Shown: positions 1 to 8,063 of the stretch, piece by piece
How positions within the stretch are numbered: position 1 is the stretch's first letter
Layout: each line of letters starts with the position of its first letter
Virus record (IMG/VR): IMGVR_UViG_3300037504_000674
Span: 1 to 64,000 of that record
Origin: a virus
Length of the DNA: 64,000 nucleotides
Reading direction: 5' to 3' (one strand)
Made by a program: the position numbers and the translations under genes
The notes under the pieces: model-generated
Databases searched by the model: none
Seen by the model: only the letters and a program-made list of their open reading frames with translations
What the model was told of the DNA's origin: nothing

Positions 1-19
1 TTGGCCACACTCCAAACTG

Positions 20-520
20 TTACACTGAGGTATCGCGCAATCTATCAAGCACGATATCGTGAAAGTCAAGGAGTTCTTCTTCGCTGTCGCGCACGTCCAG
101 ATACTTTTGCAGGAAGCAGGCGGCCCTGTGGGCCAACTCCTGCTTCCATAGATATTGAGAAAGACGGACCGCCTCCTCAATCGAAGTTGGGCCGTACTCG
201 GATAAAACTTCATCCACACGATGTGTGTGATCCTTGGCCCATTCAAGCAGGTCGCTCGTGTAAATGTCCACCGCAGGCTCAACATCGAATACTTCTTCCG
301 CGTCCTCGACCTCTGAGAACGCCAGAAGTTCCAATGTTTCCAGGGCAACACTGTAGCGTTCGTCCGATGGTAGCGCCCTGCCGCCATTATGGAAGACTTC
401 GCGGATCAAGTCTATAGTTACTCTGTAGCATTGTTCGAGGACTAAAAAATCGCCTCTGTCTGGGCGGTAGCGAGTCTCGAACTGTTGCGAAATCTTTTTT
501 GCAATTTCGTATATCTTCAT
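20..520 (-). CDS. Acidic early protein, Ocr (T7 gp0.3)-like DNA mimic candidate
   Basis: About 37 D/E vs 19 K/R by hand count; segment AVDIYTSDLLEW resembles Ocr AVPHYYADIFSV; lies in the leftward early cluster. Confidence 0.45.
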   Translation of the reverse strand: MKIYEIAKKISQQFETRYRPDRGDFLVLEQCYRVTIDLIREVFHNGGRALPSDERYSVALETLELLAFSEVEDAEEVFDVEPAVDIYTSDLLEWAKDHTHRVDEVLSEYGPTSIEEAVRLSQYLWKQELAHRAACFLQKYLDVRDSEEELLDFHDIVLDRLRDTSV

Positions 521-921
521 GCTAAATCTCCTTGAAGGGCAATCGCAAATACTTCCGCGATTGCATCGGCAATATATTCAACCATCGCTTCATCCGCTTC
601 CGAATTGTTGCGGATTACCTCGACATCCATCATAAGGCCAAGGGCGAAAGACGCCCTAGCAACCACACTGAACTCCATCCATCCCGCATAATGGCCTACC
701 TCATTCATGTAGTGGTAGGGCACATCGAAAACCAACTTACCATGGTCGCTTTCGTCAAGCGACAACTCGACATCGGCATCAATGCCGCTACCATGCGGCA
801 TATATGTTTGTACCAGGCCCTCAATGACCTCAAGGTGGGCTTCGGCCCACCCATCATTGCCATGCAACACACAAGCGTGGTACGCATCAACTTTTTGTGC
901 GAGAGCTTTACGAATCTTCAT
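517..921 (-). CDS. Conserved phage hypothetical protein (PxGSGxD...YHxMNExGxYxGW family)
   Basis: Start moved to ATG 921 with AAGGAG RBS; recognisable motif; stop overlaps next start. Confidence 0.6.
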   Translation of the reverse strand: MKIRKALAQKVDAYHACVLHGNDGWAEAHLEVIEGLVQTYMPHGSGIDADVELSLDESDHGKLVFDVPYHYMNEVGHYAGWMEFSVVARASFALGLMMDVEVIRNNSEADEAMVEYIADAIAEVFAIALQGDLA

Positions 922-965
922 GATGTACTCTGCTCCTTTGCTAGATTTACTGTTTTTGAACACAA

Positions 966-1018
966 TTGATTGTGTATACAATCGATACACAATCAAGTGT
1001 GACCAAAAACTGGTCACA
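966..1018 (-). promoter_or_regulatory. Repeated early promoter/operator element, copy 1
   Basis: 12-bp inverted repeat 966-977/985-996, then TGTGACCA-N5-TGGTCACA; closely similar to 1408-1477. Confidence 0.55.
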
Positions 1019-1019
1019 A

Positions 1020-1190
1020 TTAATCATGAATTCCATACGCGCGCCGCAATGCTTCACGCTCTGCGGTCGAAAGGCTGTTTATTCCAAAACGTTTTGCGTG
1101 TTTCGCCAATTCAACAATGTTCTTGGCTACGTGGCGGCCATTGCAATGATGACCGCGCACGGGGCGTTTGTGAGTTTCATGCCGTTTCAT
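1020..1190 (-). CDS. Small basic protein (56 aa, MKRHETHKRP...)
   Basis: Hand-translated ORF below the track cutoff; GAGGA RBS; fills the gap. Confidence 0.55.
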   Translation of the reverse strand: MKRHETHKRPVRGHHCNGRHVAKNIVELAKHAKRFGINSLSTAEREALRRAYGIHD

Positions 1191-1194
1191 TATA

Positions 1195-1386
1195 TCACTT
1201 CCTCAGTTTTTGGAGACTTTCAAATAACTCAGAGCTGACGACACGTTCTACTTCGCGTTCAACTTTTTGTTTATTAATGTTGATTGCGACAGTCTCTTTT
1301 TCGCTATCCTTGAAGGCAATGTCGTTCGCCTTAAGGAATTCACGCAACAAAGATATTTTTTCCTGGCTTGTTTCCGTTATGTTCAT
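1195..1386 (-). CDS. Small hypothetical early protein
   Basis: AAGGAGG RBS before ATG 1386. Confidence 0.65.
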   Translation of the reverse strand: MNITETSQEKISLLREFLKANDIAFKDSEKETVAININKQKVEREVERVVSSELFESLQKLRK

Positions 1387-1407
1387 CTTTCCTCCTTGGT
1401 AATTTGC

Positions 1408-1477
1408 TTTTGAACACATTGAATTGTACATCTAATGATATACAATTCAATGTGACCAAAAACTCCTTGGCCACACT
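1408..1477 (-). promoter_or_regulatory. Repeated early promoter/operator element, copy 2
   Basis: 14-bp inverted repeat 1415-1428/1441-1454; minus-strand -10 TACAAT (1423-1428); TCACA half-site 22 nt upstream of the -10. Confidence 0.6.
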
Positions 1478-1482
1478 ACTGA

Positions 1483-1764
1483 TTATTCAGCGTGCCTGCA
1501 AACGTCAACCATCGGACCTTCGGGATTGTAGTTATTGCAGTACAGTGATATCTGCTCTGCATTCAGCGGTTTTTGAGCAAGTTCTTCATACGACAAATTT
1601 CCTTTGTCGTATGCGTACAACCAATTCACAGCCTGCCTGTTTTCGTCGCTCATTAAACTCGACGCATTCTCGCTGGCGTCCAGGGTCTGCATTCCTATTG
1701 TGATTAGAGCATAGCCAATCACAATAAAACCAACGACCAGTACGATAGCCGCAAATGCTTTCAT
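1483..1764 (-). CDS. Membrane-anchored or exported small protein
   Basis: N-terminal hydrophobic helix; AGGAGG RBS. Confidence 0.65.
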   Translation of the reverse strand: MKAFAAIVLVVGFIVIGYALITIGMQTLDASENASSLMSDENRQAVNWLYAYDKGNLSYEELAQKPLNAEQISLYCNNYNPEGPMVDVCRHAE

Positions 1765-1829
1765 GTTTCCTCCTATTCATCAGCCTTCAGCCTGCTGCCT
1801 CTACTCTCCGTACCGCTATAACGATAGTT

Positions 1830-1885
1830 GTTGTGCTGCCTTGGCCACGCTCAATGGAATTTGAGTGCGCCCAAGGAAGCACAAC
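1830..1885. repeat. 25-bp imperfect inverted repeat (possible RNase III processing hairpin)
   Basis: Arms 1830-1854 and 1861-1885, 4 mismatches, 6-nt loop. Confidence 0.6.
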
Positions 1886-2180
1886 TCACATTTGAAAGTG
1901 ACAAGTTCTCTCACTTTCGTTGTGTTTCCTTGCCTTTTGGGTATTCAACTGTTAATGTCCTTCGTCGTGCCTGGGGCCTTTTGCCTTTGCGTGGGATTGT
2001 CGATTAAGTCAAAAACCTATGACTCCCTGCCCCAGAGGCGCTACAAGTTTTTTCAGAGTATTTGATTGCTCGGGTACCCCTACCCGTAACGTTGCAATTG
2101 TTTCCCTCGACCATTGACCCCGATGCGTGCAATTTTTGTCGCTTATGGGTTTGGCCGGTTCCCCAAAAACTTGCCTGAGA

Positions 2181-2308
2181 TTTTTAATGTGCCGGCGGGC
2201 TTTGCTGCCCCGCCCTGCCTAACTGTCTACATGATAACCCGTGATTGTTAACAGATTGTTAACAAATTGTAAACGTTGTGTTAACGTTTTGTTAACAGAT
2301 TGTTAAAA
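2181..2308 (-). promoter_or_regulatory. Leftward promoter with six 11-bp direct repeats (Pho-box-like), followed by a hairpin and boxA-like element
   Basis: -10 TATCAT (2231-2236); TT(A/T)ACA six times at an 11-bp period (2243-2308); downstream GCAA-containing hairpin and GCACATTAAAAA. Confidence 0.6.
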
Positions 2309-2323
2309 TGTCAGACGGTAGGC

Positions 2324-2442
2324 TTTTTAATGTCCTTGGGGGCCTTTGCTTGCCCCCCCAACCAACTACACACACATGATATGCCGGCATTACAATGATT
2401 GCACGTGACACATGTCACACAAACCGTGTGAAATATGTCACA
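2324..2442 (-). promoter_or_regulatory. Leftward promoter with two CRP-family boxes, followed by a hairpin and boxA-like element
   Basis: -10 TATCAT (2376-2381); CGTGA-N6-TCACA (2404-2419) and perfect TGTGA-N6-TCACA (2427-2442); downstream hairpin and GGACATTAAAAA. Confidence 0.65.
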
Positions 2443-3140
2443 TGAGGTCCTACATGCGCGCGCGCGCATGCCAGCGTTATAGAAGCTGGCCCACCACCAC
2501 CCCCTGGTGCAATGGGGGATTGCGTAGGCGGCTACCTAGTGAATGATGGATTGTACAATACTTTTGCCAGTGAGGGTATTGATGATACTGGTGTAATTGT
2601 TGACGGGGCCCTGGTATGATGCTAGGGGGGATTGCACGGTTTAGCTGGCGATGCGCAATGGGGTTTGAGGGAGGCTGGGGCTGGTGTTAGGGCAAATATT
2701 GTTGCTGGGATGTGGTTGGGCTGGAAAAGAACTATTTGCCAGAACAATATATGTTTAGGGTAAAGCTGTGTATGCACTACCAAATTGCAAAAAGCACTAC
2801 CAGATTGAGCCGGTGTGTTAAATATGCAGTAAAGCCTGCACCCATGGCGCCCTACTTGACATAAACTATATAGTCGGAAGGTGGGTCGGGCGTTTTGCAT
2901 AATAAAATTGCAGAGTGACCCCCCCCGTGCCAGAAAAGTTTCGCGCTGGCCCTACATTATTACACTGCCCCCTCTCACCACACATGATATTAAAAATCCC
3001 ACTTGACCCCCCCCATTCAATCGAATTGAGCCGTATATATAACCATTCCGTGCATTTTCATACAAACACACACAAATTCAATAGGGAAAACACACAAAAT
3101 CTAGCATGACATTCGTCAGTAAATCAGCGACAAACCTCAG

Positions 3141-3168
3141 TTGACCTTTTATATAAAAGTGCTAGAAT
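3141..3168 (+). promoter_or_regulatory. Sigma70-type early promoter
   Basis: TTGACC-N16-TAGAAT with extended TG. Confidence 0.7.
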
Positions 3169-3188
3169 AGTGACAACAAGGAGGATAG

Positions 3189-3362
3189 ATGCCAACTGTA
3201 GCTTCGGTGGTTTTATCGCCATTGTGATGGGTGCCCAGATGGTGTGTACCCCACGCTAAGCAAGTAGCGGTGTACTTTTTCCATATTGGCTTGGCGAATC
3301 ACACGGTCACAATTGAGCATTTGGATAGACGCGAGACGCTTACATTCAAGAAGTACATAAGG
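3189..3362 (+). pseudogene. Degenerate remnant of a YxHxDGYP-type phage gene
   Basis: Strong RBS and ATG, then out-of-frame fragments LRWFYRHCDGCPDGVYPTL* and VYFFHIGLANHTVTIE. Confidence 0.3.
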
Positions 3363-3369
3363 AGTAGTC

Positions 3370-3873
3370 ATGACCAACAAAAACGAAACGCTTGATCTAA
3401 AGGATGATTGGAATCGGCTGAGTTTACGATGGTTGCAGATGGCAACTGATCAAAGCAGCGTGAGGGACTGGCAACATCGTGTGTGTTGTGCGGGCGAGCG
3501 GCGTGTATTTACTTCGGATGGATATCGAATGCACGTTATGCAGTTGCCATGGCTTGTTGATCGATGTTCGGGGGAAGATGCTCTCGTCAAGCAGGGGAAG
3601 AGCATTTATAAAAAAGATCGTGAAGTTGATGTGGAAACCTTTGAAAGCAGCTCACCGCCCATTGACAACATGATCCCGCATGGGGATGCTGCGACTGTCA
3701 CGGTTAACACGCGGTTCTTGAAAGAGGCCCTGGAGTTTCCTAGCGATCCCCTCTACGTGACTCTGGAGGTTCGACCGGATCGACCGCTGGTTGTGCGGGC
3801 CGAGTATCGCTCTAAGCGACAGCATCAATATAATTGCATGGCTGTCATTATGCCTGCACATCTAATCAACTGA
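3370..3873 (+). CDS. Truncated beta-clamp-like protein
   Basis: Clamp motifs TSDGYRMH, PPIDNMIP, VNTRFLKEAL, PLVV and C-terminal VIMP in only 167 aa. Confidence 0.55.
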   Translation: MTNKNETLDLKDDWNRLSLRWLQMATDQSSVRDWQHRVCCAGERRVFTSDGYRMHVMQLPWLVDRCSGEDALVKQGKSIYKKDREVDVETFESSSPPIDNMIPHGDAATVTVNTRFLKEALEFPSDPLYVTLEVRPDRPLVVRAEYRSKRQHQYNCMAVIMPAHLIN

Positions 3874-3915
3874 AGATGGGGTTAGTGATACTATTTGCAT
3901 TGCAAGAGGAGGTAA

Positions 3916-4638
3916 ATGATGGACAGAATGATTTTTGAGAGAGGGAATGCAGCGGTTCGCAGTGAATCGTTGCGACCGGACGAGCGGTGGGTCGCGGTAG
4001 ATAAAAGCGGGCTGGTTGAGGCGTACAGCGAAAGGCCCGTATATGGATTTGGGGGGGCGTATTGGTATTCAAGCCTCGGGCGCCACCGCCCCATCGCCCA
4101 CGTCGGCGAGGAGTGCCCTGATTGGCGCGACCTACTCTTCGAGGTAGAGCAGCCCGCGCCGATTGCCCCAGCAGAGATTTGGGCAGCGCTAAAAACGCTG
4201 CACGGAGAGCCCATTGCCGGCGTGGCGTGGGATAAGAATGGTAAATGTTATGCGTACAGGGAGTCTCCCTCGTTAGAGTCTTCTGCCTGGTGGTGTGGCG
4301 GTGGTTACTTCCGCGTGGCTACCCTCGATGACCTGTGGACTGGTGATTGGCGGGAATCCTGGACGCCGAGGCCCGCAGAGGCCGGCGATCCGGAGCAGGG
4401 CCCGCCGGAGATTGACGCCGAGACAGCCGGCGCGATCCGCACGGTGTACCCAGGCGCGCGGTGGGTAGTGTGGAACACCGACGGGTGTGCGTATACGACT
4501 GATAGCCGCGAGCGCCCAGAGCCGCACTCTATGGGTAGGTGGAAGGTCTACGGAAACGCGAGATTTATTCCGATCCCCGCTCTAAACATTGCGCAGCGCG
4601 GCGAAGGCAAGTGTGAGCGGTGGGTAGTTGCTATATGA
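3916..4638 (+). CDS. Protein with three tandem copies of a W-rich ~65-aa phage domain
   Basis: Repeated (W)VAxDxxGxxxAYxxxP...W...DWR motif; GGAGG RBS. Confidence 0.7.
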   Translation: MMDRMIFERGNAAVRSESLRPDERWVAVDKSGLVEAYSERPVYGFGGAYWYSSLGRHRPIAHVGEECPDWRDLLFEVEQPAPIAPAEIWAALKTLHGEPIAGVAWDKNGKCYAYRESPSLESSAWWCGGGYFRVATLDDLWTGDWRESWTPRPAEAGDPEQGPPEIDAETAGAIRTVYPGARWVVWNTDGCAYTTDSRERPEPHSMGRWKVYGNARFIPIPALNIAQRGEGKCERWVVAI

Positions 4639-5570
4639 TGTTATCTCCGTATCCGTATCCTGGAGGCAAGTCTCGCGTAACCGATATGGTATGGCTAGCG
4701 CTCGGCGAAGTGGAGCATTACATTGAGCCATTTTATGGTTCTGGCGCGGTGCATTTGGGCCGCCCAGATTTCCGGCCAACTATCGCTTGGGCTAATGCTC
4801 ATACTGAAACTATCAACGATGCTAACGGGCACATCGCCAATGTGTGGCGCGCGATCAAGGATGACCCGGATACCGTCGCCGATCTCTGCGATTGGCCCGT
4901 GAACCACGCCGATTACGTAGCGCGCAAGTCCGCACTGCACGAGCGCGAGGATAGTCTCGTTGAGAGTTTGATGGCTGATCCGTACTACTATGATGTCGAG
5001 ACCGCCGCCTGGTGGATTTGGTGTGCGGCTCAGGGGATTGGCGCGTGGTACGACCGCGTTAGGCAGAGACCGCAATTGGGTCATAAGGGTCAGGGCATCC
5101 ACAAAACCTCGTGGCGCGGGCAGCTCCCGGCGGTATTCGCCGCGCTCTCCGAGCGCCTGCGCTACGTGCGCGTGGTGTGCGGTGACTGGTCGCAGGTGTG
5201 TGGTGGAGATTGGCAGGACTCGCACTGGTCAAACGTCGGCGTGTTCTTTGACCCGCCTTATGCCGTCACAGACCGCGATTCGAGGATGTACGGTGAGCAC
5301 GACAGTCTCACCGTGGCCGATGATGTGCGCGCTTGGTGCATCGAGCGCGGGCAACGCGAGAGCTACCGCATTGCCCTGGCGGGCTATGATGAGCACGCCG
5401 AGCTGGTTGAGGATCACGGTTGGACGTGTGAGCGGTGGAGCGCCGGTGGCGGATATGCGAATCTTGGTGATGGGCAGGGTAGCGCCAACCGTCACCGCGA
5501 GACGCTGTACTACTCGCCGCATTGTAGAAGAGTGATACAAACAACTATGTTGGAGGAACTAAATGTATGA
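4635..5570 (+). CDS. DNA adenine methyltransferase (Dam/D12 class)
   Basis: YPGGKS, EPFYGSGAV, ETIND and DPPY motifs. Confidence 0.9.
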   Translation: MMLSPYPYPGGKSRVTDMVWLALGEVEHYIEPFYGSGAVHLGRPDFRPTIAWANAHTETINDANGHIANVWRAIKDDPDTVADLCDWPVNHADYVARKSALHEREDSLVESLMADPYYYDVETAAWWIWCAAQGIGAWYDRVRQRPQLGHKGQGIHKTSWRGQLPAVFAALSERLRYVRVVCGDWSQVCGGDWQDSHWSNVGVFFDPPYAVTDRDSRMYGEHDSLTVADDVRAWCIERGQRESYRIALAGYDEHAELVEDHGWTCERWSAGGGYANLGDGQGSANRHRETLYYSPHCRRVIQTTMLEELNV

Positions 5571-5649
5571 TAAGAAGTCTTTGTTGGCTGCGTTGGTGAT
5601 AATTTTGATTGTGATGTGTATTGTATGTTGTTTGTTCAACTATGCATAG
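5563..5649 (+). CDS. Single-helix membrane peptide (28 aa)
   Basis: GGAGG RBS; MYDKKSLLAALVIILIVMCIVCCLFNYA. Confidence 0.5.
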   Translation: MYDKKSLLAALVIILIVMCIVCCLFNYA

Positions 5650-5659
5650 GGGGTAAGCT

Positions 5660-6040
5660 GTGAATGCCAAAAGGGAGAAAATGGCTGCAATGTTGCATAA
5701 AATCTGGGCGAGATGGGCGATGCATGTTATCAGGTCATCCAAGATGAATGCGGACGGCTCGATGACTATTCCGTCTAGCCTGGTGAGCCGTTGGGAACGC
5801 CAAGCAGCCACGGACTACCATGATCTAAGCGATCACGAGAAACATAGCGACCGCGTAATAGCGGATGAGATCATGGGCGCCTGCGATTCTGTTGTTAGGG
5901 TTGTCGTTGCCGTGTTGTTCGGTGTTGTGTGCGGCGGTTTTACTCTGTGGGTGTCGATGGATGCCGGGCTTCCTGTACCAATTGTGATCTCGTCGTTGGT
6001 GGGCATTTGTGCATGCCTTGCATCTTTAGTACTGAGATAG
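5660..6040 (+). CDS. Phage hypothetical protein (RyR-like HxxW...YxDLSxxEKxSDR motif) with two C-terminal TM helices
   Basis: Motif plus hydrophobic C-terminus. Confidence 0.5.
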   Translation: MNAKREKMAAMLHKIWARWAMHVIRSSKMNADGSMTIPSSLVSRWERQAATDYHDLSDHEKHSDRVIADEIMGACDSVVRVVVAVLFGVVCGGFTLWVSMDAGLPVPIVISSLVGICACLASLVLR

Positions 6041-6049
6041 GTGAGAGCA

Positions 6050-6517
6050 ATGGGTGACTATGTAATTTTCAATAGGGGGAATGCTGTCGTTCGCAGTGAA
6101 TCGTTGCGTGATGGCGAGCGGATAGTGGCGGTTAGCGAAGATGGTAGCGTTTATGCCTATAAGGGTAAGTCGGTTGTGATGGAGCAACGCGAGTGGGCTG
6201 GAGTGTCGCCTCGCCTGATCGCGCACGTGGGCAAGATGTGCTGGGATTGGAAGCATTTAGTATTCTTTGTTGATCCGTCGTACCCATCGCAGAATATTGA
6301 CCCCGCGATCTGGGCTGGTCTGGACGCGATCTTCGGGAAACCGGCTACCGGGATTGCTTGGGGCCTAGATGGGAGATGCTTCGGGTATACCGGTTACCCA
6401 GAACCTGGCTCAATCCTATGGGAGAATGGAGGGGACTTGGTGAATATCCGCCTCCTGAACGGCAAGTTCGAAGGCGATTGGCGAAAGTCTTGGACGCCAA
6501 GACCGAGTGGTTCATGA
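6050..6517 (+). CDS. Two-copy paralog of the 3916-4638 protein
   Basis: IFxRGNAxVRSESLR shared; identical 20-mer GTTCGCAGTGAATCGTTGCG. Confidence 0.75.
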   Translation: MGDYVIFNRGNAVVRSESLRDGERIVAVSEDGSVYAYKGKSVVMEQREWAGVSPRLIAHVGKMCWDWKHLVFFVDPSYPSQNIDPAIWAGLDAIFGKPATGIAWGLDGRCFGYTGYPEPGSILWENGGDLVNIRLLNGKFEGDWRKSWTPRPSGS

Positions 6518-7008
6518 GTAGCACAACTGCGCTGTATGTACCAGACGATTCTGGTATCCCGCGTCGCCGTGGTGCGTCGTTTTCCACCAACGGCGTAGCT
6601 GATCTGGTCTGTGAGGGGTACGCGCGCGCCGGGACAGTTTTTCGGTTTAATCGGCATAACGCTACAGTTGAACCTGGTGATTACATGGTTTACCGTGGCG
6701 CGCTGTACGAGGCTGAAAAGGTTTCCCTTAGTCATAAAAATGATGGCGGGGTGTGGATCATTCGTGATAGTGGACGTGTATATTACCCTAAAAAGCGCGG
6801 CGTTGGTCGATGCAGTTGGCGGCGGCTCTCGCTGCCGTTCCGTTGCCCAAAATGCGAGAGGCGGCTGGCTGCATCGGAAGTGTATTTTGTGCTTTGGTCA
6901 TATGATGGTCCTTTGTGCGAAACACGGTGTAAGTCATGTGCTGACCGGGCAATCATGGGTGTTCCCATCAGTGAAAATCCTACTACGTGTCATGTAAAGG
7001 AGAGTTAG
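6514..7008 (+). CDS. Hypothetical protein with C-terminal zinc finger
   Basis: CPKC...CKSC; ATGA-coupled start. Confidence 0.55.
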   Translation: MSSTTALYVPDDSGIPRRRGASFSTNGVADLVCEGYARAGTVFRFNRHNATVEPGDYMVYRGALYEAEKVSLSHKNDGGVWIIRDSGRVYYPKKRGVGRCSWRRLSLPFRCPKCERRLAASEVYFVLWSYDGPLCETRCKSCADRAIMGVPISENPTTCHVKES

Positions 7009-7011
7009 TAT

Positions 7012-7236
7012 ATGTTTGATAAAATGCGCAGCTTGAAAATAATGCTCAGTATGATGGAAGATGGTAATATCATGGTTTGGCGCGGAGTGTACGTCAGCCG
7101 AGATCAAATCGAGTGTGCCGTGCGGGCATACGATCTCATCCTGGATACGGAATTCGTTGAGGGAAAATGCCCTTTCTGCTTGGAAAGTAAGCCAACTCAT
7201 AGCGAAAGTTGCCCGCGCCAAGCAATCGTTGATTGA
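7012..7236 (+). CDS. Small zinc-binding protein
   Basis: CPFC...HSESC; AAGGAG RBS. Confidence 0.6.
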   Translation: MFDKMRSLKIMLSMMEDGNIMVWRGVYVSRDQIECAVRAYDLILDTEFVEGKCPFCLESKPTHSESCPRQAIVD

Positions 7237-7289
7237 AAATAGCGCGCGTATATATTACAAATGTCACGGCGCAATTGCGAGAATGTCAC

Positions 7290-7318
7290 TTGCCAATATG
7301 TGGCAATTGAAGTACAAT
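7290..7318 (+). promoter_or_regulatory. Sigma70-type promoter
   Basis: TTGCCA-N17-TACAAT; upstream ATGTCAC half-sites at 7261 and 7283. Confidence 0.55.
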
Positions 7319-7384
7319 TAAACTGTAACGAAAAGGGGGTTGCGAACACGTGACCCCGATGTAAATAAGTGAAAGGCAAGTATC

Positions 7385-7876
7385 ATGAGGGCTAAGCAGT
7401 ATAGCGGCTTAATGGCGCTGGGCGCGTTGGTGGCGTTGGTTATGTTTGCTGTGTTGTTGATCAGCTTGGCGCCGTTGGTTGATGGGTTATCCATTAGTAG
7501 CGGTAGAGTCGCGGCTCAGGCAGAAGCGGAAGAGGTCAGAGACCTTCGGTCTGGTGAGATTGACACAGAGAAGTCTCACGGGACCACCAAGCACCCTACC
7601 GACGCTCGTATCGTGAGACGTTGCCTGGATCGTAACGGGCCGATCGAGATGTTCTTTCACCCCGAAAAGAGATTTTACCTCCGGGTGTGCGATCTCGGCC
7701 CAGTAGACGAAGAAGGAAACGGGAGATACTTCGGGCTGCAAATCCTAGGCAGGTCTGCGGAAACCGGGCGATGGTTTGAGGCCAGTTCGTACATTCCTTT
7801 CTTAGAGGATAAGACGCTACCCGGTCTGATTAAATGGTTGCTTAAGCAAGGTTGGGTTGCCTTCAAAGGAGGATGA
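7385..7876 (+). CDS. Membrane-anchored protein of unknown function
   Basis: N-terminal TM helix; HGxxKH motif. Confidence 0.6.
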   Translation: MRAKQYSGLMALGALVALVMFAVLLISLAPLVDGLSISSGRVAAQAEAEEVRDLRSGEIDTEKSHGTTKHPTDARIVRRCLDRNGPIEMFFHPEKRFYLRVCDLGPVDEEGNGRYFGLQILGRSAETGRWFEASSYIPFLEDKTLPGLIKWLLKQGWVAFKGG

Positions 7877-7877
7877 A

Positions 7878-8060
7878 ATGGTAGACAAAAAGACGTGCGG
7901 TTGCACGAAAAACCACATTTGCCCGACTGGGGTCGAGCTAAAGCATGAAGCAGGCCTCGCGCTCGAACGATGGTGCGCCTTCAAGAACGAGGATACACGG
8001 CGAAAGTATCAAGATGCACAATCTCAGTACGATAATCACAGGTATCCATTCGGGAGGTAA
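7878..8060 (+). CDS. Small Cys-containing hypothetical protein
   Basis: GGAGGA RBS before ATG 7878. Confidence 0.55.
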   Translation: MVDKKTCGCTKNHICPTGVELKHEAGLALERWCAFKNEDTRRKYQDAQSQYDNHRYPFGR

Positions 8061-8063
8061 CAC

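Noticed and set aside
2243-2308. Repeat array as CRISPR
   Set aside because: The units are contiguous 11-mers with no spacers, and no cas genes are present.
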